Positions 1 through 9,336 of a stretch of 18,707 nt of DNA are shown piece by piece. The stretch comes from Fonticula alba ATCC 38817. Its lineage: Eukaryota; Protista; Nucleariida. Location of the stretch: assembly GCA_000388065.2 (NCBI GenBank), contig KB932206.1; one strand, given 5' to 3'. A program made the position numbers and the translations under genes. The notes under the pieces were generated by a model. It was not told where the DNA came from, searched no databases, and was given only the letters and a program-made list of their open reading frames with translations. The number at the start of each line of letters is the position of its first letter. The first letter of the stretch is position 1.

Positions 1-20
1 CCCCCCGCCTCCGGCCACAG

Positions 21-529
21 TCTTCCTCGATATCTCCATCGCCGGTGCCCGCGCTGGCCGCATCGCCCTCAACCTGTACGACTCTGTCGTTCCCCGCACC
101 GCCGCCAACTTCCGCGCCCTCTGCACCGGTGAGAAGGGTCTCGGCCAGTCTGGCAAGCCCCTGCACTTCAAGGGTTCCCCCTTCCACCGTGTCATCCCCC
201 AGTTCATGATCCAGGGTGGTGACTTCACTCGTGGCAACGGCACCGGTGGCGAGTCCATCTACGGCCGCACCTTCGACGACGAGTCCTTCGCCATTGCCCA
301 CACCCGCGCTGGCCTCCTGTCCATGGCCAACGCCGGTCCCGACACCAACGGCTCCCAGTTCTTCATCACCACCGTCCCCACCCCCTGGCTCGATGGTCGC
401 CACGTCGTCTTCGGCGAGGTTGCCGATGAGGAGTCCATGAAGATCGTCCACATGATCGAGGCCCTCGGCAACAGCCGTGGTGTTCCCCGCAAGGAGATCC
501 TCATCGAGGACTGCGGCCTCCTCGAGTAA
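21..529 (+). CDS. Cyclophilin-type peptidyl-prolyl cis-trans isomerase, divergent-loop type (last exon; 5'-partial)
   Basis: The frame is open well upstream of the listed ORF and reads (V)[81 protein letters not shown]...[18 protein letters not shown]...[10 protein letters not shown]...EDCGLLE*. It has the canonical [27 protein letters not shown] and WLDGxHVVFG motifs. A C-rich tract ending CCACAG (15-20) is a likely acceptor, so the few N-terminal residues lie outside the window. Stop TAA at 527-529. Confidence 0.96.
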
Positions 530-1159
530 GTAAGAGCTTCCCCCTCTTCTGCCTCTCTCTCCCTCCCCCCATCTCCTCTCCGGCGGCTCTTTCGTGCCCT
601 TGTGCTCTGCCTCTCCTTCCCGCCGTGCGCCCGCTGCCCGCGCGCCCTCCCCAGCGTGCGGCGAGGGGCGACTTGCCATCATGCCCTCCATTTCTCCGGC
701 GCGCGCCCTTTTGCTGCTCCAATGCACACATCCTCTAAGCACCACCGTTCCATTTCCCCCTCCCCTCTTCTTTCCTCTCCGTGCTCCGCCTCTCCACCCC
801 GCTTCCATTTTCCTCGCTCTTCCTCTCTTTCTTTCTCGGTCTCATGTGTTGGCCACAGGAGGTGGTATTCGTGTCTTCCTCGGCTCCCGGAAGCAGGGGG
901 ACGTCGGGCCGGAGAAAGTGGAGGGAGGCTTGTTTGTGTATTGTTGTGGCGTGTGTGACCCACGCGGGGGGGGGGGGGGGGGGAGGGGGGGGAGGAGGCG
1001 GCAGAGAAGAAGGCAAAGGTGCTGTCTTCAAAAGGAGGAGGGGGAATGTTCCCCATCCGCGCGTCAACAACGCGCGTCGAGCAGGATGGCAGGGCGCAAG
1101 AGGAGGCGGCAAGAGCCAAGCACGCACACGCCTGTCGACACTGGGCGGTGCGTGTGACG

Positions 1160-2045
1160 TCACTTGTTCGTGAATGTGTTGGCCAGCCTGGGTGGCCGTG
1201 GTGGTGGCGGTCAGTGAGAGGGCGGGCGAGGGGAATGCAATCGGGAGGAATGGCTGGCAAATGGTTGGGCGGCGGCAGGGTGCGCCAGATCGCGCTGGCC
1301 ACACACCAATCGAAGGCATCGTGCAACCCGTCCCCCTTGATGGCGGAGGTGGGATGGATGTGCCAGGTCCGGGTGGGAGGGAGTTTGGACAGCTGGAGGG
1401 CCTCGCTGACGTCCGCCGCGCTCATGGCTCCGTCCTGGTCCTGCTTGTTGGCCAGGATCAGCAGCGGCACATTCTTGAGCTCCTCCTCCTGGAAGCAGCC
1501 GGGCAGGGATTGTCAGATGAGCACGCACGCGTGTGGACATAGTGGGGCATTTTCAGGATGCTCCTGCGATATGGAGAGGGAGAGATAGATAGAGAGAGAG
1601 AGAGAGAGAGAAGGAAAGCGAGGCTGATGGTGGCAAAGGCCATGTACCTCGAGCATGGCGAAGAGCTCGGTCTTGGCGATGCGCATTCGATCGTGGTCCG
1701 CGCTGTCCACCACATATATCAAAGCATCGGTGTTGGCGTAGTAAAGGCGCCAGTATGGCCTGGGGAAGGGGGAGGCACGCGAGGGAGACATCCGAGAAAG
1801 AGAAGGGGTAATAGTGCAGATGGTGAGCAAGTGCCAGCAGTGGATCTGGTCTTCGGGCATGGGGGATGCGTACCGGATCGTGCACTGGCCGCCGAGATCC
1901 CAAACTAAGATGCATGTACGCGTGTGTATGCACGTGTGAGCTGCCAGTCACAGGAAGGGGGGGGGGAGGGGATCAGGAGCAGGATGTAGCGGACCTTGGA
2001 ACTTGAGGTTCTTATAGGTGACAGTCTCGACATTGAAGCCAACAG
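1160..2045 (-). CDS. ARL1: ADP-ribosylation factor-like GTPase 1 (5'-partial, at least 5 visible exons)
   Basis: Exons in transcript order: 2045-1995, 1904-1874, 1759-1648, 1488-1307, 1187-1160. All four internal introns are GT-AG and the phases are consistent. Spliced protein: (T)[133 protein letters not shown]. It has G2 to G5 motifs plus Arl1 hallmarks (YKNLKFQVWDLGGQ, RPYWRxYY, EEEL). The MG start and P-loop exons are not visible and probably fall in gap 2235-2625. Confidence 0.92.
1591..1610. repeat. (AG)10 microsatellite inside an ARL1 intron
   Basis: Read directly. It is (CT)10 on the transcribed strand. Confidence 0.9.
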
Positions 2046-2234
2046 CTGTTGGAGGGCGGTGCGGTGGGCGACGGGCACAGGGGCGCAGAGAGAAACAGAA
2101 AGACAGACAGACATGTCAGCAGCCATCGGCGCAATCGAAAGGATGGTGGCGGGCGCATGCGCAGGGGGGGGGGGGGAACAGCAGGCGGACCCGGGGGAGC
2201 GGGGAAATGTACGCTTTACTTTGCACGAACACCA

Positions 2235-2625
2235 NNNNNNNNNNNNNNNNNNNNNNNNNNNNNNNNNNNNNNNNNNNNNNNNNNNNNNNNNNNNNNNNNN
2301 NNNNNNNNNNNNNNNNNNNNNNNNNNNNNNNNNNNNNNNNNNNNNNNNNNNNNNNNNNNNNNNNNNNNNNNNNNNNNNNNNNNNNNNNNNNNNNNNNNNN
2401 NNNNNNNNNNNNNNNNNNNNNNNNNNNNNNNNNNNNNNNNNNNNNNNNNNNNNNNNNNNNNNNNNNNNNNNNNNNNNNNNNNNNNNNNNNNNNNNNNNNN
2501 NNNNNNNNNNNNNNNNNNNNNNNNNNNNNNNNNNNNNNNNNNNNNNNNNNNNNNNNNNNNNNNNNNNNNNNNNNNNNNNNNNNNNNNNNNNNNNNNNNNN
2601 NNNNNNNNNNNNNNNNNNNNNNNNN
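2235..2625. other. Assembly gap (391 N)
   Basis: Run of N. It probably hides the ARL1 5' exons. Confidence 1.
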
Positions 2626-4197
2626 GGATGGGGCAGAGGGGGGAGGGAGGAAGGGGAGAGCGATGCGACAGGCGGCTCGGCGATCCGGGAGGGCCGAACT
2701 TCTGTTTTCAGGAGCGGAGGGACGATCGGCCTGCCTGAGGTGGCAGGGGGCTTCCGAAGGTGGGGGGACAGGCGCCTTGGGAAGCTATGAGGTCCCAATC
2801 TGAGTGGAGCTGGGCTTGTTCGGGCGGGCTTGTTCGGGGAGCGTTGGGCGAGGGAGGGCCCCCCCCCCCCCCTGGGACAAGGCTCGGGGCGGGGGGTGGG
2901 ATCCTCGGAATGGGGCAGGGCACCGAATCTCCCGGGAGCACTTCCAAACCCGTAGACCTCGGCAAAAAATGGAAAGACCAAATGTCGGTGCATCCCCGTC
3001 CGGGGGGGGGGGGGGGGGGGGTTGGATGGGTCGCGGATCGGCTCCTTGTCTGCCGTCTATTCTGCGACGAAGATGGAGAGTCTAGTGTGCAGGGTTGTGC
3101 CAGCGGTGACTGTGGCTTGGGGGCCAGAATGCGCGGAGGCGCTGGCAGTCACCGCCCTACCTGGCCGCCGGGCCCCGCAGGCCTTATTGGAGCCTGAAGA
3201 GAGGTGTAGGCGTGTCCGGCTGGTCATTCCCTCCCCTCGACCGCGAGCCGGCAGGGCACCCTGATTAAGAGAGGAGCCCAGCGCGGCAAACGGCCGGGGG
3301 GAGGGGGAGGGGGGGGGGGCGTTCCTGACGGTTCCCCCCCCCCCCCCCGGCGGGCGACTGATCATCCAAATCATCTTTGTATGAATACCCTCCTCCGGGT
3401 AGCCTTCCGAGCCGGGGGGCTGCAGACATGCTGGGCGTGCGCCTCGCAAAAGCCGGCCTTTTCGACCTTGTTAAGCGAGGCGCCGCATCTACGAGGGGCC
3501 GGAGGGGCAGGTCGGGTATGAACTCCCGTGGCCGCGGCCCGGAGGGCGTGGGTGGTTTGGTGAGCGGGGGAGGGCCAGCACGGCAGCGGGGCAGGGGAGG
3601 GGGAGGCGCCTCGCGCGCCGCCCCCATACGTCAGTGTCTGACTGGCAGCCCGAGTGATTGAGGCAAAAAAGAAAACAGACTCCTGACAGAATGAACACCA
3701 GCCGTAAACTGCTCAACATCGGGCGCGAAGAGCTGGGAGTTCGATTGGCTCCGTAATCACATGATGGAAAATGAACCCACATGCTCTCGGAACATCGTTT
3801 ATGTTACTGGCGCCCTTGCTTCGGCCCACGGCCGCCAGCCCCGCCCCGGGGGCCACAGCACCGAAGGTGGGAGAATGAGATGTGCAACACGCGCACACGC
3901 ACTCTCACACACACGCGATGCCTACCTGATCCTCCTCGCCTGCCCGGGGATGGATGTGCCGGGATCCCGGACCCGGCGAGGGCCGGCAGGCGATCACCAC
4001 CCCGTTGCTCCTTGCGCTAATCCGCCGGGTGGCCCCTCTGCCACCCCTTTTCGGCCACTTGCGTCGGGAAGAGCTGAGGGGAAGGGGGGAACCATAGTCG
4101 CGTCCATTGCGAGCTCCATTTCCCCCCTCCCCTCCTCTCCCCTCTCTCTCTCTCTCCTCTCCCCTCCCCCCTCCCCCTTTCCTCCACCCCCAAGACC

Positions 4198-4896
4198 ATG
4201 TCCTTCCTCCTTGCCGGCTTCGGCGCTTTCCGTTCTAGCTTCCCCGCTTCCGGCGGTCTTGTCCAGTACGCTGCATGGAGGGCCGATCCGTCGGGCTGCC
4301 ACCTGCTTGATGCTCTCTCCGCCGGTCAGCCCGATATCTGACTGACCAAACTCATGGATCTCCCCTGGTCGATCGGCCCCCGGCCCCCTCTCGTCCCCTC
4401 CGCCCCTCCCGCTTCATTTCCCACCCCCACAGCAAGATCCCCTGGAAGCTGAACCACTCCCGTAAGGCCAATGTGCGTGATCGGCTTGCCATGATCGAGA
4501 AGACCGTTGCCGCCGTCCGTTCTGTCCACCCTGAGCTCCATGCCCTGGTACGTCGCCCAGCCCACTTGGAGCGGTTATCTGCTGATGCTTGTTCATGCGC
4601 CAAGACTTACCCTCCTCTGCGCCGTCCATGCTCGGAATTCTCCTTTCCTTCCGTGCCGCCCATCCCCCCCCCCCCCCCCCCCCCCCTCTGCACGTGTGCT
4701 CCTCCTGCGATTCGCCTGCTGCTCGCAGAAAAACATGGCGCCCCTGCCGAAGACCCCGCGCGAGAAGTACTTCGTTGAGGTCCGCATGACCCCGAGCAAC
4801 CCCTCCGGCCTGAAGGGTCTGCACAAGATCCCCCACTTCACCAAGCTTCCCCGGAACCACGAGAGCCGCATCCTCTCCTGGTCCAAGACCAAGTAA
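4198..4896 (+). CDS. MRPL31: Mitochondrial large-subunit ribosomal protein mL60 (yeast MRPL31 family), 3 exons, 116 aa
   Basis: Exons 4198-4265, 4433-4547, 4729-4896. Introns are GTACGC..CCACAG and GTACGT..TCGCAG. Protein: MSFLLAGFGAFRSSFPASGGLVHKIPWKLNHSRKANVRDRLAMIEKTVAAVRSVHPELHALKNMAPLPKTPREKYFVEVRMTPSNPSGLKGLHKIPHFTKLPRNHESRILSWSKTK*. It matches the recalled yeast MrpL31 motifs FGPFK..GGLLWKIPW, R.RL, KDKY and KGIHKVPKWTK. Confidence 0.85.
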
Positions 4897-5285
4897 GGGG
4901 GTCCTGTCGTTGCCACTGCCGCTGCCGTCGCCGCCGTCTTTCTGCGTGGATGAACTGCCTGCTTCTCCCTTGCGGCACTCTCACGGACGAGGAAGGATGT
5001 CCGCCTCGCCTTGGTCTTGGCCACAATGGCGCAGTCGCGCCTCCCCTCTCCCATGTCGAGGCCCCTCGCCATACGCGTGCACATATTACATACACACGCA
5101 CCCACACGCGCGCACATACCCTGTGCGGGCAAACGACATGAGGCATCGCATCATTTCATCATTTAGACAGTCCCACCAACTCGGCCATACCTATCTTCCT
5201 CTCCCCCGTCCTTGTACTTCCCAAAACCCAAGAAAAAAAGTCGCCTATCCAACAGATCTGCATCCATGATCGACCCTCTGTTGCC

Positions 5286-5286
<1 letters not shown>

Positions 5287-5325
<39 letters not shown>

Positions 5326-5519
5326 GTGTGCGTGTGTGTGCATGCTTGTGTGTGTGCGTGTGTGCATGCTTGTGTGTGTGCGTGTGTGTGCGTGTGTGTG
5401 CATGCTTGTGTGTGTGCGTGTGTGCATGCTTGTGCGTGTGCGTGTGTGCATGCTTGTGCGTGTGCGTGTGTGCATGCTTGTGCGTGTGCGTGTGTGCTTG
5501 TGCGTGTGCGTGTGCGTGT
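5287..5519. repeat. Compound (TG)n microsatellite with higher-order 24-bp and 60-bp units
   Basis: (TG)n interrupted by C and by CATGCTT at 5341, 5365, 5401, 5425, 5449 and 5473. Positions 5311-5370 are repeated exactly at 5371-5430. Confidence 0.95.
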
Positions 5520-6228
5520 TACCCGAGCAAGCCCTTTCCCCCGTTGCCTCCTGCGCCCTCGCGTTTGGGAAAAAAAGGCCTCGGACAATGCGGTGGCAAG
5601 TGGTGCGTGATCACGCCACCATCACACGTGCCCGGCATCTATGCTTCGTCCCCGACCATCTCGACAACCCTCTCTTCCTCAGTCCAATGTATCGCCGCGC
5701 GACTTGGTGATGAGTTGATCCGGACAGCGGGGAGAATGTCTTCGAGAGGAGTGGGCAGCCGGGCGTGGGGGGCCCCTCCTTGGGGGACATTAGCGAGAAG
5801 GCGCCCTTTCACCGTCCAGTTGGACAGAGGGGGCCGACGAGAGGAGGGCAGGGCCGTGTCTGGTGTCAGGGGCGGCCAAGCTTGAAGGAGCGAAGGGAAA
5901 CACGACACGCAGCATCCTGCCCGGGACCGTCCGCATGGGAGGAGAACAGAGGACTGGCAGGCAGAATACCAGGGGGGGGTGGGGGGGGGCTGGAGGGTGG
6001 GGGAGCTGCAGGGACAGCACACCGTCAGATCTGCCCCGCGGCGGTGACCCCGCATCACCCCCCTGGAAAGTGTCCCTGACAAAAGGCTGCCCGATCACCC
6101 CCTGGGGCCTCGGGCCGGACCGCAGCGCAGTCCTACCCCCCTCCTTGCTCCTCCTTGCTTCTTTCTCCCTCCCCTCCCTCCCTCTCTCCCACCCTCCTCG
6201 CGCCTCCCCCCCCCTTTCGCCGGAGAAG

Positions 6229-7109
6229 ATGGACTCGACATACCTTACGGCCACCCTGGTGACCATTCTCGCGGCTGTCGAGTGCGTGGCCTTCTGGCCT
6301 GTCTCTCAGTCTGCCAGCCAGTACCTTTCACGGTATGTGGTGAACTTCCTCCTCGGCGCCCCGGCCCCGATCAAGACCAACCTGGATCCGAAGCAGAACC
6401 CCACGGCTGAGGAGACGGCCTCCAAGCTGGACCCCTCGGATTCGCAGGCCGTCCTGCGTTTCCGCAGCCAGGAATACAAGACCGCCAAGGCACAGCTGAT
6501 GAAGCTCAGCGCGCAGGAGCAGTTTGCCCAGTGGGCCCGTGCGCGTCGCCGCTCGGACAAGGCCATTGACGAGTACCGCGAGGCCAGTGCGTCCAGTCGC
6601 TTTCCGCCGCCCGGATTTCTTCCCCTTTCGCCCCCCCCCCCCCCCCCCCTTCCCTCGCCCCCCTTCTCCCCTCGCCGCCCATCTGCAGCCCACCACCGAT
6701 GCACATACTCACCGGCTCGACCCATGTAGAGACCCGTCATGCCAAGTCGACCATCATCAGCACGTCCAGTGTCACTGTCCTGTCATTGGTGCTGGCCTTC
6801 GCACTGCGCTTCGTCATGTACTACATTGTTATGCTCTTTGCCCCGAGCCACGCGGCCTTCCCTGTGCCCTTGCCCGTGCTCCAGTCTTCCCCTCGGTGGT
6901 TCATTTGGGTTCTGGGCTTCGGCGCCGGGTCCGATCGGCTGACCGCCGATGGCACCCCCTGCGTTTCGGCATACATTTGGTACTACCTGGTCAGCATCCT
7001 CATCCGCCGGGCGCTGGCCATCGTCTGGCCAGACACGTCGTCGCTCAAGGCCCAGCCGGTCTTCTCCATCCCCCAGACCGACCTGTCGCTGGACCTGCCA
7101 GATTTGTAG
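6229..7109 (+). CDS. GET1: GET1/WRB (CHD5-like) tail-anchored protein insertase subunit, 2 exons, 245 aa
   Basis: Exons 6229-6586 and 6730-7109, with intron GTGCGT..ATGTAG in phase 1. There is an N-terminal hydrophobic segment, then a coiled coil YKTAKAQLMKLSAQEQFAQWARARRRSDKAIDEY matching the family motif SAQDEFAKWAKLRR. This is followed by TM2 (VLSLVLAFALRFVMYYIVMLF) and a C-terminal WxxxF...VS..IW TM3 region. Confidence 0.85.
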
Positions 7110-7548
7110 ATGTCCCTCTCCCTCTGAGATGTTGCCATGTGACCTCTCTCTCTCTCTCTCTCTCCTCCCCTTCTCCTCCTCCTCTTCCCAATCTCTCTTC
7201 CCTTGTGTATAAATCTTGTTCCCCGTCTTCCTTTCTTTCTTCTCTCCCCTGATGCCTGTCCCCTGGCTCCTGTGTGGCAGTCTATTATACATAGAATGGT
7301 GCGCGTGCCTGATCACACACACATGCGCACACACACGCACACAAACGTGGATGGTCAGCCCGCTGGGGGGGGGGGGGGAGACAGGTGGTGCCATGGTCTC
7401 TCTGTTACTTTGCCCTTGCGAGATTGCGTTCCAAGCCACGCCCCTCAGGCAGGAGGCCGGGCAGCCATTGGACAACGCGGTGCCTTCTCCCCCCAGTGGC
7501 CAATCGCCAGATCTCCCAAGCTGGTCCCGGTTGCTGCTTCGAGCGCCT

Positions 7549-9186
7549 TTAGCCGGTCCGGGTGCGCAGAGTTTCCAGCTCCTGCGACAGCTGGGTCGGG
7601 AGCCGGTCGCCGAATGTCTCGAAGTGCCGGGCAATGCGATCCACCTCGGCGCGCCACTCATCCCGATCCACACGCAGCAGATCGGCCTCGGTGCCCGGGA
7701 CCAGGCTCAGCAGCGGGTTGCCTTGGGCGTCGACGGTCTGCAGGACGTCCGAAGCGATGTGCGCGCCGCCCGCGCGTCGGGGCGGGGGCGTGGTCACGCC
7801 CAGCTCGGCCAGCGTCGGCACAAAGCCGATCGGGGTCTCGTGCGAGCTGGCAGTGCCCTCGATGCGGCCGGCGATCCACCGGAGCACACGCGCATTCTCC
7901 CCGAAGCCGGGCCACAGCCAGTTGCCGCCTGGACCACGGCGGAACCAGTTCACATGGAAGATCGGCGGCAGCTTGGCATTCTGCCGGCGCGGGGTTTCCA
8001 GCCAATGCTGGAAGTAGTCGCCCATGTGGTAGCCGCAGAAAGGCAGCATGGCGAACGGGTCAAACCTGTGGTCATCGCCAGGGAGAATCTGTCAGCATTC
8101 GCTGGGCCTGCATACATACGTGTATGCATATTAACGTGCATAAGCATGTGCGTGTGCGTGTGCGTGTGCGTGTGTGTGGAGGCGAAAGCGCGGCGAAGCA
8201 GCAATCGAGGCCGCCTTAGCTGCCGCTGGCGTCTTTGCAGTGGCAAGGTCCGAAAAGTCAACGCACCGGACTTCCCCCATTTGCCCCTCGGCGGCGGCGG
8301 TCCGCTCCGAGGACAGGGTGGCCCCCATGAAAACACCATGTTCCCAGCTCCGGGACTGGTACACCAGAGGCACGGTGCTGGCCCGGCGGCCGCCAAAAAC
8401 AATGGCACTGATGGGCACCCCCTCCGGATCCTGCCAGGCCGGGTCCAGCGAGGGGCAGCGCTCGGCCGACACGGTGAACCGGGCATTCGGATGGGCCGCC
8501 GGGCCAAGGGACTCGAAGGCGTTGGGGGTGCCACCGGGGGTCCCCTGCCAGGTGGTCAGCCCCTCCGGCCGGGAGGGCGTCAGCCCCTCCCACCAGACAT
8601 CGCCGTCCATGGTGGTGGCGCAGTTGGTAAAGAGGGTGTCCCGGCGCAGGGCCGCCAGGGCCGAGGGGTTGGTCAGCTCCGAGGTGCCTGGGGCCACGCC
8701 GAAGAACCCCCGCTCCGGGTTGATGGCACGCAGTTGGCCGGAGCTGTCGAAGCGCATCCAGGCAATGTCATCGCCAACGCAACTGACCGACCATCCGGGC
8801 AGCGACGGCCGGAGCATGGCCAAGTTGGTCTTGCCACAGGCCGAGGGGAAGGCCGCGGCGATGTAGTGCTTTTTGCCGGTGGGGCTGGTCAGGCCAAGGA
8901 TAAGCATATGCTCGGCGAACCAGCCCTCCTCTCGGCCGATGGCGCTGGCAATGCGCAGGGCCAGGCACTTCTTGCCCAGTAGGGCATTCCCGCCATACCC
9001 GGACCCGAAGGACCAAATCTCCCGGCTGTCAGGGAAGTGAGCGATCACACGCTGTCGATTGTGGGGGGGGGGTGTCGGAGTTCCACCTGTGAGTCCATCA
9101 AGTCGTCGACCATATCCGCAAGGGGGCGAGGCGGAGAGAAGACACTTGGGAAGCAGAACGAGAGACAGGCAAAGAGAGAGAGAGAG

Positions 9187-9227
<41 letters not shown>

Positions 9228-9293
9228 GTGTGTGCGTGTGTGTGTGCGAGGCTGTGTGTGTGTGTGTGTGCGTGTGTGTGTGTGTTTTTCTCG

Positions 9294-9336
<43 letters not shown>

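Noticed and set aside
530-1159. Possible TPR exons making the cyclophilin a Cyp40
   Set aside because: The space before the convergent ARL1 stop is low-complexity and no frame looks TPR-like.
1905-2993. Long ORFs spanning the N gaps (also near 10627-11583 and 14839-16011)
   Set aside because: Their length is an artefact of reading through N. Only the parts matching reconstructed exons are supported.
3098-3155. 10-bp inverted repeat GCGGTGACTG/CAGTCACCGC with an alternative 7-bp pairing
   Set aside because: It is within chance expectation for GC-rich DNA. No target-site duplication or second copy suggests a MITE, and there is no evidence of transcription.
3736-3752. GGAG-TTCGATTGG-CTCC, a T-loop or B-box-like hairpin
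   Set aside because: The loop is 9 nt, the stem 4 bp, and there is no cloverleaf or A-box.
5707-5713. C-box-like GTGATGA
   Set aside because: There is no D box (CTGA) at snoRNA distance and no terminal stem.
5163-5885. ORFs encoding CV, TH and HA dipeptide runs (also near 9037-10004)
   Set aside because: They are translations of (TG)n/(CA)n microsatellites that happen to lack stops.
6686-6688. Upstream alternative CAG acceptor in the GET1 intron
   Set aside because: Using it stays in a frame that stops at 6727-6729 and removes TM2 and TM3. The acceptor at 6729 restores the family architecture.
8109-8128. 8-bp hairpin TGCATACA-TACG-TGTATGCA in PEPCK intron 7
   Set aside because: Alternating purine-pyrimidine sequence self-pairs readily, and the UNCG-type loop is on the non-transcribed strand.
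7216-8982. 588-aa + strand ORF and others overlapping PEPCK
   Set aside because: They are antisense shadows of PEPCK exons running through intronic repeats.
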